Positions 1-13,624 of a stretch of DNA of 64,000 nt are shown one piece after another (positions within the stretch are counted from its first letter, which is position 1; each line of letters begins with the position of its first letter). The position numbers were made by a program, and so were the translations under genes. Source of the DNA: Hormiphora californensis (lineage: Eukaryota; Animalia; Ctenophora); assembly GCA_020137815.1 (NCBI GenBank), contig CM035362.1, positions 3,286,001-3,350,000 of the forward strand. Direction: 5' to 3'. The notes under the pieces were generated by a model. That model worked only from the letters and a program-made list of their open reading frames with translations. It did not search any database and had not been told where the DNA came from.

Positions 1-874
1 CTCTGTGGCCCTTCCTATCCACCTCTGAGTACAGTGCCGGTGTACCTACTCTTGTGTGACCCGAACATTGATATTCAAATTGTAAAATGTATAAAACTGA
101 AAAAGGAGTAGTAGAGAGAGGGCAATGTGAGTTCATTTGCCCATCAAGACAATTATTGGTGAATGGTGATATAAAATGGGGGCATGCTAATAGATAGGTG
201 ACAGGTGTCTATATCACCAAGCTAATAGACACTGATGTGGACCCAGTGATATCACCACCATGGGACTTACCATCATATTTATAATAATTGTGTTATAATA
301 ATTGTGTTTCATCTTTTTGAGCCGAAAGAAGTTTGTGTTTTGTGTATTTTGGCATACAATTTAATATGTTTCCGGTGACGCCTTATCTGTAACCTGAGAA
401 ATGCAGTGTCACAGTTTTCTATCGCCGCTATACTTTGTGTCGACATGAATTATGTACATTGTACTCATATACAATTGGACCCCGATTAACCAGACACCCC
501 GATTTACCGGGAAAACCTTTTCCGGTAAATCGGTGTCCGACTGTACATGAATCTACATCAACAAATGGCTCAGATTGTGTTTTTTCATGATTAGTTCTTT
601 CTCCACACACATGCCTTTAACTTCCTATTATAATACTGCTGTTTTGCCTACTCCTGGAGTGGTTTACCGTCGGTTTTAACATGTGCACTTCTAAAATACT
701 CTAGTTTTTGTTCAAATGAATCGTTATACAATCAGACCCCGATATACCGGACGGATTAGATTCCCCCGATATACCCATGTCTACTGAATCTTTTTCCTCC
801 AGCATCCCTGAAAATCGGGGTCCAACTGCTATATATCCATATTTTGTCAGGCCCACCCCATGTAGATTGATGGT

Positions 875-3437
875 ATGGATGTAACGACAGTGGACTCCCA
901 TGATGAACTATCACGGGCCGAACATTTAGCTGAGCACGACCATTGGTACATTCCAATAATAATCTTTTGAAAACCCTCTTTAATCTATGATATAGTGGAG
1001 TCTCGACTTACCGGACCTCGTTATATATAACCGTGCGAAAACCCTTACCCTGAACCCTAAGACCCTAGAAACCCAGGTTTGACTGTATCAGGTACAATAT
1101 TGGTATTATGTGATATTTCAGGATATATATAGCAGCATCACTGGTTGGCAGTTTCCTGGGTACCTTTGGTGCAGGGATGATCATTATAACTAGTCTGAAA
1201 CTCAGGGCACCCACCATGGTCAACAAGATCATCAGAAATATCTCCATATTTGGTAATAACATCTCCATATTTGGTAATAACATCTCCATATTTGGTAATA
1301 ATATCTCCATATTTGGTAATAAGATCTCCGCATTTTGTAATTTACATTAATTGATGGTGTATTGTCTAAGGGGCGTGACGTGCCAAAGTCCAAGGACTTG
1401 GAACATTGAGTTGTTTTAGGTTGTTTTGTCCTATATCTGTGATTATTACCTTTCTACTTTTTATTCCAAAATGATGCCCTAATTTCCCCGACAGATATGT
1501 TCATCTCACTTCCCATTCTTGTCCTAAACGTTCTCCACCTTGAACTACATCTATCGCACAGCGAAGGCCACAAGAGGTAAATTGCCAGCTAAATTCAAAA
1601 GTTTGCTATATTAATATTTGACGAATAACCGAATGCTCATTAGTCAACCAATCATTCAATTATAATAATTGTCCATTATGTCGGCAGCGCCTGGTGGATG
1701 GAATCACATTCCTGCAAAATCCAATCCTACATCATCACAACCGCCGCTATGCTCTCATTCCTGTGGACCTGTGACTTTATCCCAACACGTGTTCCTTCTG
1801 TTGGCATACGGGATAAAAGGGGCACACCTTGTATATGTGGCAATTTACCCTCTCTCCATCATACCCCTGGCGGTAAATGGAGTCGGATATGCTTATAATG
1901 TGTTAGGTCAAGGTTAGTAGCTGCATTGATTTGTACATACACACATCACATGATATCTTATTATATACTAATTCTTCAATTGGATCAAGCCATTTCATTA
2001 AAGATTTGCTCACTACAAATTACTTTGTTTTGTTCTGTTCTAACATTTGTGCAAAACATGGTCGAGCACTTAGGCAAGGAAAACTTTGTTGCAACACGCC
2101 ATTTCATTATGTTTGATCACTTATACACAGATTTCCATTACAGATTTCCGGTTTGATATAGCTGAATTGGAAGGTAACAGCAGTAGTGGACATTACCACT
2201 CAATTAGTTGGTGCTGGATTAACGTTACCCAGGACGAGAGCAACAAATCCTGGATGGAGAAAAAGTGTCAAGCAACAGTTTGGGAGGGAAAAGGCTGGGA
2301 ATTACTTGCTTATCTTGGTTAGTTTGGGCGGGTATAATTTCGGCCTACTTGAATAATATTCAATGAATATGGTATTGGTCTATAAACCTAACACCTCCCA
2401 CGCAAGCAGTCTGGGTCCGAATGTTTCAACGGACAGTCGGGTTCCGACAAGCAGCTGCCTCAAATTAAAACCTGCAGGTGTTTTGATATATTCCACTTTG
2501 ACCTACATTCGCCTGCGGAGAATTCAAAACACCGACTATGATGATGAGGAGCTGATGGAAAGCAATGCTTTGGAAAGAAGTGCCCTACTGACTAACACAT
2601 CCCGCCAAAATATCAACTCCTCTGTTCGGGGTTACTTGCAATTGTGGCTCATACCACACTCTGTTACCCCTCCCTTAAGGGGCCCTTGTCTGCCGGTAAG
2701 GGCCCTTGCCGGCGCGACAAGAGTGTGAGGTGTCTTCGATACCAAGCTCATACCACACTCTGTGAGGGTTCGGCAGATCAAGGCCGGTAACTACTAACTT
2801 TGATAATTTCACCAACCAACAATGTGTGACCGAGATCTAAACCGAGATTCCTAATCTCAGTTTTCACTGGAGTACTTTTGCTAGAATAATTCCACACAAA
2901 ACCATATTATGATGATATAATTTCAGGGGCGAATCTTAAGATCATAAAGCTTCTCGCGATACCAGCAGTTTTTGTTTTCTTTCGGATTTGGGGAACCATC
3001 TATAGGTGAGGATTAAAATAAAGTTAATCTGTAAGTGATTCATCAAAGTTTGATGAATCTCTTACAGTTTTTTAAACTTATTATTAATTATCAATTATAT
3101 ACTAAAGCTGTTCTAATTAATAACAATTATGCCTGATCCCTGCACAATCCTAGCCGATTTAAAAATGGAAGATTCGGATCGATCTGATTTGCCATTTTAT
3201 TTCCGCAGGTTTGCGTGTAACTGCGGTTCTGATGAAGAGGGAAGCATAGCAGTTCGAACCTGCCAAAACAACTTTTTGTTTTTCATGCTGTGTCTGTTTG
3301 ACCCCATGCAGGGGATGGCCAACTTCCTATTGTACTGGAAATCTCTCAGACAGGAAGACAGCTGGACTGCTGAGTCGCCAACTTGCTGCATTATTCCTAA
3401 AATTAGAGGTAACAATACAATACAAGGAGGTGCATGA
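875..3437 (+). CDS. GPR157: GPR157-like (cAMP-receptor-like) 7TM GPCR, 8 exons
   Basis: Phase-consistent GT-AG exons 875-945, 1122-1252, 1495-1576, 1688-1912, 2144-2317, 2478-2630, 2927-3005, 3209-3437. Motifs CKIQ..SFLWT, WCWI..GKGWELLAY, KLLAIPAVFVFFRIWGT and QGMANFLLY fit the GPR157 family. One extra base at 1769-1770. The C-terminus may splice further (donor near 3408). Confidence 0.85.
1240..1340 (+). repeat. 21-bp tandem repeat (ATCTCCATATTTG|GTAATAAC) x~4.7 spanning the exon 2 donor
   Basis: Directly visible; the first copy contains the donor used at 1252/1253. Confidence 0.9.
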
Positions 3438-3654
3438 GGAATTGAAAGTTGGAGTATTTGAAAGAAATGAAATAGGCCGGTCAGGCAGAAGATCTGACAG
3501 AAAATTGGAGTAGATTTTAGATACGAATTCTTTAACGAGTATTCACAATTGTTTTTAGGCAGGCCAGGGTTTGCTGCTTGGAAGGCAGGTCGATCAGGAC
3601 AAAATGCACCCTCAAGCAGAGACCCAGTGACGGTGGTTGTACCTTGTCCTAATG

Positions 3655-3904
3655 ATGACGTCATATAACGGTGACGTCATATAACGGTGACGTCATATAA
3701 TGATGACGTCATATAACGGTGACGTCATATAACGGTGACGTCATATAACGGTGACGTCATATAACGGTGACGTCATATAACGGTGACGTCATATAACGGT
3801 GACGTCATATAACGGTGACGTCATATAACGGTGACGTCATATAACGGTGACGTCATATAACGGTGACGTCATATAACGGTGACGTCATATAACGGTGACG
3901 TCAT
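3655..3904. repeat. 16-bp minisatellite (GTGACGTCATATAACG) x~16, each unit containing TGACGTCA
   Basis: Directly visible near-perfect tandem array. Confidence 0.95.
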
Positions 3905-4214
3905 CATAGATAGAGGTGGCGTATTGGAGTGACCTCAGGAATCCAACCCTTCACTGACCGTGGGTAGTGATAGATAGGCCCCATTGGCGACGGATGACCA
4001 GACCGTGATGGATGCTGTGATGGTGGCAGATGACCGTATTGACAATTTGGAACATGTGATTGATCTGCCCCGTGTGATTTTACCAAACGCACACTACATG
4101 AACGATCCCAACTTGAAGTGGTTTAAATATAGTAAGAGCATCCTTTGTTGTTAAATTTGATTTTTTCTTTGTCTTTTAAACTAATTTCGATGACTGGATT
4201 GTATAACTGTATGT

Positions 4215-4685
4215 ACGAACTGACTGTACTGCAGAACTAAACAGTATGAAGGACCCCCTCTTCCCCGGTTACCCAATACCCACGCCCCCAGACCCCGGTT
4301 CCAGCACGTCACCATGGGACATGGGTGTGTATAACTTAGTACGGACTGACTGTACTGCAGAACCCCCCCCCCCCCCCCCGGGTTACCCAATACCCACGCC
4401 CCCAGACCCCGGTTCCAGCACGTCACCATGGGACATGGGTGTGTATAACTTAGTACGGACTGACTGTACTGCAGAACCCCCCCCCCCCCCCCCGGGTTAC
4501 CCAATACCCACGCCCCCAGACCCGTTCCAGCACGTCACCATGGGACATGGGTGTGTATAACTTAGTACGGACTGACTGTACTGCAGAACCCCCCCCCCCC
4601 CCCCCGGGTTACCCAATACCCACACGCCCCCAATATCCACCCCCAGACCCCAGTTCCACTGCAGCACGTCACGATGGGTGTGTCA
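4215..4685. repeat. ~115-bp tandem repeat x3-4 with poly-C tracts
   Basis: Unit GACTGACTGTACTGCAGAACCCC..GGGTTACCCAATACCCACGCCCCCAGACCCC..CATGGGTGTGTATAACTTAGTACG recurs. Confidence 0.9.
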
Positions 4686-4899
4686 CTGTGGCACGGTAAC
4701 AGCTTGTCCCATCTAGTATATCAATTTAGGAGTTCCAACCTTCCCGAAAACTATTAATTGTCATGGGCGTTGAGCAAGAGAACAATGGGGCACTTTTTGT
4801 GCGCTCATTTCGGACAATGGAAGCGTCAGTCTGGGCGTGAACAGCGTCACCCTTTGTTGTTTCCGGTCTATCTGTCTTGGACTATCTTTCTCACTCTAT

Positions 4900-5019
<120 letters not shown>

Positions 5020-5087
5020 ACTTTATCCCTCCCTCCATTTCCATTGTCCCTTCACTAACGTTGTTTCTTGTTTCGTATACGTGTGTT

Positions 5088-6971
5088 ATGTTCCGTGTTC
5101 CAATGTTTCGTGTCTTGTTGATAACAGTCCTGGTGGGATGGTGCAATGGGGAGGCTGTAAAGGAATGTCTGTCTGAGGAGGTGTTCCATCGGGCATCCTG
5201 CGATGAAATCAAGAAACATGTGGGTTGTAATTCTTTGACTTAATTTTTCTCTATTTTTCACTCCCAGAAAACCAACTTCAGCCTAAATAATTATATACAC
5301 TAGAGCTATAGGTACCAAATGTGTCATGTAGTGGTAATAACAGTCGGACCTCGATTTACCGGCATGCTCGGGGGAAGCCCAGTATATCGGGGTGCCCGCT
5401 AAATCGGGGTCCGCTAAATCGGGGTCCGACTGCAGTTTAAACATTTCAATTTGCTCTACAAAATCTAACCCGACTTTCCCTCGTCCTAAAAGGTAAGCGG
5501 ACAGTGGGTCGAGGTGAGAAGGCTCGCCCTTCCCTTTAAGATGTACGAGGAGGAATCATGTGTAATTTGGGAGGTATCACCGCAAACCGTCACCACGGGG
5601 AAATCCGTCTTTGATATGGTCGTTATGTAAGTGTTGAACTTTGAGTAAATTTGCAAAATAGGGTGTATTTGAATTTGAATTTAGTCATCCGCCATACTCA
5701 TACCCGTTGGTGTATAAGTCTGGGAGAGGTTTGGTTTGGACCGCTTATCTGGGACTGTAAACATCTGGGAGAGGTGCTTGAATTGCCGAATCCAAACATT
5801 GTCTCGACAACTCTAACTCTCTACCGGCTAGAAATAACATATTTAATCACACGTGTTTCTATTGCAGGGAGTATGGAACAGAGCTGGGAACGACTGCAAA
5901 TCTAACACTGACGGAGGATGGGGAATTTTGCTCTGTCCAGGTAAAATAAGACACCATATTTGGGCATATGACGTCACCAAATCTCCAAACATGGTTAAAT
6001 TCATTGGTTATCATACAGCGGGTCTATTTTACCTACTACTTTTGGTAATGCTGTCACCTCTCCTTGGCAAAAAGATCCCTCATGATAGCTAGCTGCTAGA
6101 TAAAGATTTTTGCTGGCTTGCACGATATTGTTTGTCGGTATTAATTACCCATGCCCTAAATCTATGACTGTCATAGACTGATAGGTCTCAATAAATCAAT
6201 TAAAGTGTATTGGTATAGCTACCTGTTATTATATTATCCATGTTTAGATGAGGATAGATGTACCTTCACAAGGTATATCAAGAGTCACACCCGACTGGTG
6301 GATTACGTTTGACGAGCACAATCAAATAATGGCAGGGTATGTAACACACAATTTACTAGGTTTTGATAGCCTGAGATCGAGAGACTCTGGGACAGTTTCA
6401 CTCTCTCGGAGAAAGTGAAATTCTCCAAGACAGGAAATGCTCGTACTGCAGAGTGCAGCTGCTGAGCTTGATACATAAAGATGCCAACCTATACCATGGC
6501 TAATTAATTAGATAATGGCTAATTATTAATTAATTAGATAATTAGATAAATTAAACTGATTATGTTCTCTATAGATACGTTTGTATTGACAACTTTGTGC
6601 CAACTGATATTGCCAAGGGCCTCCTTTATCGGAACCTACTGTTCATCTACATCAAACCTCAACTTGGACCGGACGCGGTTAGTTTTTTGTTACTTTTCTT
6701 ACTCAACAAATTGCAGTGCTATAACTGGCGCACTGATCGTTAAGATTTTCAAGAGTTTCAAATTATAACTAATATAGTGTAAAACATATATTTTTGATTC
6801 AGAAAAGTATTAATTAAATACTGCGCAATGTTTCAGATGACTGACATTGGAAAAAGCCTGGATACAATGGCCAAAAGGTTTGAGAAGGAGCTGGAGGGAA
6901 TTCGTGATGAGACGAGTGAAGATTTCGAGTCTCTCCTGAACAGCAAGTGTCACGGGTTCGAAACTTTATAG
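5088..6971 (+). CDS. Secreted lipocalin-like (ApoD-type) protein, 221 aa, 6 exons
   Basis: Exons 5088-5219, 5493-5626, 5868-5940, 6248-6336, 6575-6677, 6837-6971 are all in phase. Signal peptide, N-terminal Cys, lipocalin SCR1-like motif VSGQWVEVRR, alternating beta-strand pattern, C-terminal helix and Cys. Confidence 0.75.
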
Positions 6972-7987
6972 TTTAGTATTCGAGTTGGATTGACTTTTTA
7001 ATAGCCACACAATGACATGGTCAAATAATTAGGTAAACGGTTTGCAGTAAACTATAGTAAACTAAACATTGCTTGGATTGAGATTTAGTTAGATTTAGAA
7101 CTATATTTGTCAGTGTTGTTAATATGTACTTTTCGCGAGTTGTGATATTTCTTTATTCTATTCTGAAACCCAAAGTAACTCTATTTAATGACTAAAAAGG
7201 CCGGACATTGAGAGCAATGATTAATGAACTGGAACAACGAATCAATGTGGTTCATAACAAGAAATGAAGAAGCACACCATTCAAATATTGAGCGCGCGCG
7301 TAGAGTACTCTCGCGCGAGGGGTATAAGAAATGAGACGTGCGGTGTTCGCGGCCGACCAACCAAAAAAAAAAACCACAAATTGAGACGGGATCAAGAGCG
7401 GCCATTTCCATATCTATCTATCTAATCCGTTTTACTGCTGCCTGCAGTTGTTTCACCTCCCTGGGCTATAAGAGACAAGAAAAAAAGTCATGATTTTAAG
7501 AAACGGAAAAATATAACTCCAGAGATTTCATACACAAATAAACAGTTCGTTCTACAAGAAATGCAGGAAACACGAAAACAAAACAAGTATTAGAGATAAT
7601 ATAAGGGCGATATCATAGGTCCAGCCTATTAGTATTCCACCCGTCTAAATTATGTTAACTTTAATTTAGTTTACTAGCTACAGTTCAGTCACCATGCATT
7701 AAGCAAACATATATTAGGTTTCCCCTATATTATAATACGAGGACTAAAATAATTCTACCTAACTCGACCAACGACACTCTCTTCCCGCATGTAAAGGAGG
7801 GATAGAACATAACAACGCTCTCTCCAGGCTACAGAGTTTAACATTTTAGATCCTAACAGAACTATATGTCAATTCGGTCAAAAACACTACATTCAAAACG
7901 AATTCAAGAAACACACTGGCAAGGAAAAAGAGAGACATTTAAAACAAATTATCATAATTAATATGGTAATTATACCATATTTGGTCA

Positions 7988-9378
7988 TTAAACGATTTTG
8001 TTTTTCTTTAAATTGTCTCGTGTAAATATCACTGTATCAACAACAGCAACGTCTGCTACTATTTTGTACTGTATGTTCACTCGTCGGAGGGGTACGCCCC
8101 ATATCGCCTTATTTTCTCGTCCCTGCCCTGTAGTATTTGCATTGGATGGCCACCTGAGAAGGAGAGGGTGTGAGATGTGACGTGTAGATTTGACCTTATC
8201 TATGTCTCTTTTTTACCTCTCTCTCACTCATTTTCCCTAGCTCTAAATTAGAATACAATCAGAATATACTTTCTATTTTAGTCGATCAATAACTCTACTC
8301 TTTCTATTTTACTCTCTCTGTAACATCATTCTTTCTATTTTACTCTCTCGGTAACTCGATCATTATCTCCAAATTACTCTTTGAGTATTACTCTATTTTT
8401 TATTATTCTTTCTATTTTACTCTCTCTCTCTCTCTCTCGATCCTATAATCCACTCACCAGTATTCCCGAGGGTAGGGTTGGTATTTGAACAGCAAGAACG
8501 CTCCGATCAGCTCGCTTCGTTTTCTCAATTCCACCCGTGTTAAATACAACGCTGTATACTTGCTGCAGAGTAAACAAGGCGTTAGTATCATACTTGATTA
8601 CTTGTAAAATGGGGTTAGTAGTGGCATATGTTCTGCTAGAAGAGGTTAGTATCATACTTGCTGTAAGAATAAACAAGGGGTTAGTGACATACACTTGCTG
8701 TCAGAGAGTTGGGTTAGCGTGCTGAGTTCTGTAGAACTATTGGATGGCAGTAGTAGTATGTTGAGACTTGAGGGCCGGGGAAGGGGGGGGGGGGTCATTC
8801 ATTGCTTTTATTGGGATTATACGGCATACGCGGGAAACTTAAACATTACCAAGGAAGCAAAATTAGTAGGATAAACAGACGCCGGCACAGAGATATTGAG
8901 AGAGAGGTAGGGGGTCAGAGAGAGAAATGGAGAGAGCGAGCGAGAGAGAGAAGAAGAACAATAGTTTCCCGTTCGGTATTCTTGCAATAAAACAGTCCGA
9001 ACATTATCTATGTTATTGTTATGTTCTAACCCTCCTTTACGTTGCCTAGCTAGACTGTGATTCGCGCGCCCCGCCCGCGAAACACAAATGTAGTAAAGGA
9101 GGGTTAGAACATAACAACCTTTACGCACGAAAAACAGTCTAGCTAGGCAAATCTATTATACACAATATTTTCTTTCTTTTTTGTTGCTTATACCTGTCTC
9201 CCTTCTTCTTGTCTCTCTCCAGGTATCATTTGAAGTATATCTCCATTTATCAAAATATCGCTACCAGAAAAGTCTTTTTTACTGCAAAGGAAATTGTGGT
9301 AAGCAAAAATAGAAAAAAATGGATTTGTTTTTCTGTCTGACGAACTTGTGTATTGAGACATTTTAAAGACAGAAAGGC

Positions 9379-9415
<37 letters not shown>

Positions 9416-10340
9416 GGTAAACACAATTATAGACATGAACTAACAAGGCCCTATTTTTCATATCAGTATGCAAGTCAACTATGTGAGTTTATAGGCTTAC
9501 AAGGCATGTAGGTTTGTATTCGGCAATTATCCGGTATTTGATTTGAACGCTGGCAAACAGAATATTATTATAGATAGACTATCGTGGCCACATACAAACA
9601 GAGACACACTACAGACACACAGAGAGACACACGAATTATACTAATGATGATAAATACCGGTGTACACTAGTCGTACACACACATCATACTACTTACTATT
9701 CAAATTGTCAGTGCTACATCACCTAGCAACTACACCTGCACGTGCAATTATTAGAGCAACTTAGAAACCTCACTCCCAGTTGCAGTTTTGGGTACTAAGG
9801 GAAATTCAATTCTGCACGTGCATTCTTTTACTTTTGTCCTGATGTCTAACTCTTCAACCCCAAGCGCTATTCGGCAACGGTCATCTGGGTCCGGAAGATC
9901 TGCTGCTGTCAGGGAGCAGGCTAGAGAATATGACAGATTACGCCAACGTGTTCAAGCGAGCCAATCAACGACTACGGATAGCTTTACTCAACGTCGCCCA
10001 AGGGTGATTACTCCAGTCGAATATAGAAATCTCCGAATCGGCTACATAGCGGCAAAGTTTTCACGTGATGAGTTTCTGGAACAGCACTGCACCTCCATGA
10101 CATCGATCTCTTAAATTCGTACCTTGACATTGTTAGGAAGCCCATAGCGTACAACAACATGGGTAGGGAGAAAGTGAGAGATAGGCTAGGAACGGATGGT
10201 GCAGTGCAGGTGATGTCAGCGTTCCCTAATCCAGCTACCATTTCCCCGAAATTCGCCCGTAGGGCGAACGGGCCTACTAGTTTAAGTAACGGAAATTAAG
10301 CTATCATACAACTGTCACACACATACTCACTGACACGCTG

Positions 10341-10424
<84 letters not shown>

Positions 10425-10901
10425 ACACACACACACACACAGATGTACGTCACACTGTACAAAATGCCATGCATCTGTTACAGAGAATCATTAGTTAGGA
10501 CAGTACTAGTACTGACTACTGTCCTAACTAATGATTCTCTGTGTGCGGGGAAGAATATAATGATTGATTGTCATGAAGGGAGAGAGTGAGATGGGTGAAG
10601 ATATATGAACTGAGAAAAATAAAATAAATAATGAGACGACCAGGTGTACACTACATGTATGTACAGACTTTGAATGAACCGAGTGTGTCCTAATATTGCC
10701 CTAGAATCCCTGGATTCTGGAATGTGCCCTAAATTGCCCTAAAATGAACCACACCTGTAAACTCTCAGTGTATATTTAGTATCAATCATCAATTTGAGAG
10801 TTTGTGGAGTGTCGAATCCGTCCTCCATCTTCCTTAAAAAACACGGCTTCCCCCTCCTCATCTTGTGGAACTATCTCTAACTGTACCGACTCATCCTCCA
10901 T
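7988..10901 (-). CDS. CNRIP1: CB1 cannabinoid receptor-interacting protein 1 (CRIP1a) homologue, ~167 aa, 4 exons
   Basis: Exons 10901-10755, 9281-9194, 8562-8458, 8153-7988. Motifs AVFFKEDGGRF..QTLKLM..KY, VYSVVFNTGGIEKTKRADR, IQCKYY..AIWGVPL are collinear with the CRIP1a motifs as I recall them. Two single-base insertions (10817-8, 8120-1). Confidence 0.8.
9016..9117. mobile_element. MITE with TIR TTGTTATGTTCTAACCCTCCTTTAC; partial copies near 7790, 20272-20357, 30390-30428, 34715-34992, 46935, 51432
   Basis: 25-bp perfect inverted termini; shared internal GCCTAGCTAGACT motif. Confidence 0.8.
9788..10280 (+). mobile_element. Helitron-like fragment (3' terminus) in CNRIP1 intron 1
   Basis: Hairpin GCCCGT-AGGGCGA-ACGGGC (10255-10273), then CTAG (10277-10280) and T: the canonical Helitron 3' end. 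An Arg/Gln-rich ORF remnant lies upstream. The 5' end is not defined. Confidence 0.6.
10345..10440. repeat. (CA)n microsatellite
   Basis: Directly visible. Confidence 0.95.
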
Positions 10902-11331
10902 CTCGCTAATTGGGTATTTAATTTGTTAATTAATTTGTTAAGTACATAAATATTGTAATTATTTCATTAATTAATCAAGTAATTATAATTGGGTCTGAAA
11001 ATGATAAATGTGAAACGGGGGAAGTTGAAATGGTGGTAAAAACATGCTGGAGAGGCGATCGCGATCTTTTATAAAATATGCCGCAAAAGAATAACTATCG
11101 AAGGTTGCAAAAATAGTGATACGAGGTAAAGTAGGAAGTGTGGGCAAACAAGTGACAAATTAAATAATGGGTGTGCGGTATAGAATTGAAATATTTGAGG
11201 CATTTCAAGGATGAAAACAAAAATAAAATACATCTCGTTCAGTAATATCGCTCTTTGAGATACAAAGAAATCTGAAAACGAGTTACTTCATTGAATTGTT
11301 CCACTCTACTTCACAGGACAGAAGCTCAGTA

Positions 11332-11502
11332 CAGTCGGACCCCGATTTAGGGACACCCTCGGGGGAAAGGCTCTTGTCCACTAAATCGGGGTGTCCACTA
11401 AATCGGGGTCAAATAAGGTTAATTTCCTACATCAGGGGAAAAAATCCTGTCCCTAAATCGGGGTGCCACTAAATCGGGGGCCCCTAAATCGGGGTCCGAC
11501 TG
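11332..11502. mobile_element. Tc1/mariner-pogo-type MITE (TIR CAGTCGGACCCCGATTTA, TA TSD); relatives at ~470-545, 727-830, 992-1088, 5341-5433, 14607-14761, 21685-21752, 38193, 45575-45690, 55970-56020, 59138-59345, 61315-61420
   Basis: TA|CAGTCGGACCCCGATTTAG...CTAAATCGGGGTCCGACTG|TA with internal TAAATCGGGG sub-repeats; about 12 copies in the window. Confidence 0.9.
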
Positions 11503-13624
11503 TAGTTGCATGCTATGTGTAATCACCAACAAAACAACGAGCACTATTTGATATTGAGTAAAATGAGTGATCTTATACTGTCTCATTTAGTTGCGACACA
11601 CACACACACACATGATATATATCAGGAGTAATGAGGTGTGTTATTCGCTATGTGCGGGCCCACGTGGCGCCATGTCACTCTTTTTTAGTCCACTAACTTG
11701 TGTCAATCCCTCTTTGTCAAGTGACATCACATTTAAATCACTCTTTGTCAATAACATGTTAGATAGTTGCTAGGTTACACAGTGAGAATGCACCTCTACT
11801 TTGTTACATCATATATTAGAAAATTCCATTCAATCCACTTTTCTATTTTAGAATTTCTAGAAGTACCCCTGGCCTTAGAATGTTCTCGAATTCAAGGTTG
11901 ACATAAGACAAAAAACAAATAAAAGATTTAATAAGAGATTCTGAAGGTAAAGTCATCTACAATTTTGAGACCCCGGTCCCCACCTCGCTTCTACTACTCA
12001 TTGTATATTTTCACGATGGGCGTGATGCCCAAAAACAGCAACACTAGATTCCTAATACGGCAGCAGGCAGCGTCATATGACTCTAAATCTGGTGCAGTTT
12101 GACACCTGTTATCTGGAAAGCCGATAGAGTAGTGGAGTGAGATTTCATTAGTGGGGAGGAGGGCTACATTAGTGGTGAGGTTTGCCTTGTTTGAACAAAA
12201 CAAGGTGAAGTCACGTGCAAAGGGTGGAGGTTAAAAAATAAAACCAAGTATATTATATATATCTGTCTGTATAGCTTGTAAAATAATATACATCTTTTTT
12301 TTAATTTATAAACTGTAACCAAGATATAAAATTCGAATATGAGACATAACACGAAGAAAAGGAGTGAGAATAGAAAGACGCCAGACGGCCAGACTACTGC
12401 AGAAGGGAAGGAAAATACGAGAGATAGAGAAATATGGAGAAACCAAAAAGGAAGGAAAATGAGGAGCCTGGAGATCGGGGAATTAGAGTGAGAAAAAGAA
12501 GAGGAAAAAAAGAGAGATTGCTGCTGCAGGATTGGTAAATACGATTAGTTACATGGAAAATGCCATCTGCTCATGTCTTCAATTCGTGCGAAATGCACCA
12601 GGGAATAAATAATATTCGAAGGGTTATAAGAGTGGAACGAATTGCTAACAAGTTCATAATTCAATTTCTTATCAGAGATTGTCGCCTACTCCATACTGAG
12701 CAGAATTTCTATTCATAACATCTTCTTAAATGAATTATGGAATATTATTATATGCCTATTATATAAACTTTTAATATGACTGATATCCGGCTTCAATAAA
12801 TCGGAATTAGCCATTAGGGAATACAGAAAAATATGATTAGTTAATCAAATAAGAACTCTTGAGGGAACGCCTGTAATTTCGGATTTTATGTTGTCACTCC
12901 AAACTCGTTATTTAACGATATATATCCGTTTCAGATAGTGGCCGGTGGGGAAAACGAGCGCACGAGAAGGGGGTAGTGTCTGACTGTGGTCTGGAAAGCC
13001 CCGTCACGGAGCCTAGCTTTTATGAATAAGCTTTACGAGACGAATTCAAGTTCCAACGCAACCGGATTTAGCTTTCTATCTTATCGGAACGTTGGGCTTA
13101 AGCCCCTTCATTTTTTGGTATTTTTTTTCGGTGCGTAGGCCAATCAGAGGCCTTTATTTCGAAATTCAGTCAGACATGAGACACCAAAGAATTGACATCC
13201 TCAAAAAATCCGACAAATGCTAATTGTATCTAGAACTATTGATACCAATTACAAAATCACAGACGCGTTTTAACAAAAAGTCGCAAAAGGAACTTGGCAA
13301 ACGCTACTGCAGCCCCCGGGATAAAGCAGCGCTTTTCAAAAAAGGAACAAAAGAAAAAAAACAACGCGTAAAAGCTGAACTGAATTCAACTCCGATTTTT
13401 ATGTTTTACTACTTACCCGAAACGCGCTGCGCGGCGTTTATAATGCGTGGTATATTTTGTTTTTACGCGCCATTCATTATTTTTGACTCTCGTCATATAA
13501 AATTATCACACTGGATTTTGTTATTCAATTAAAACCAAAACTCGAGTACTATCGCTAAAATATCGAGATAAATTTAAATTCTGAACAGTGAACAATCACC
13601 CGCATTTTGTCACATTGGCATTTA

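Noticed and set aside
1-400. Possible terminal exons of an upstream gene
   Set aside because: Splice-like signals are present but no consistent frame or recognisable protein.
3937-4153. Possible extra GPR157 3' exon with TAG readthrough
   Set aside because: An open frame exists on both sides of a TAG, but there is no homology or firm splice path to support it.
11994-12203. 69-aa minus-strand ORF
   Set aside because: No recognisable motif and no linked exons found.
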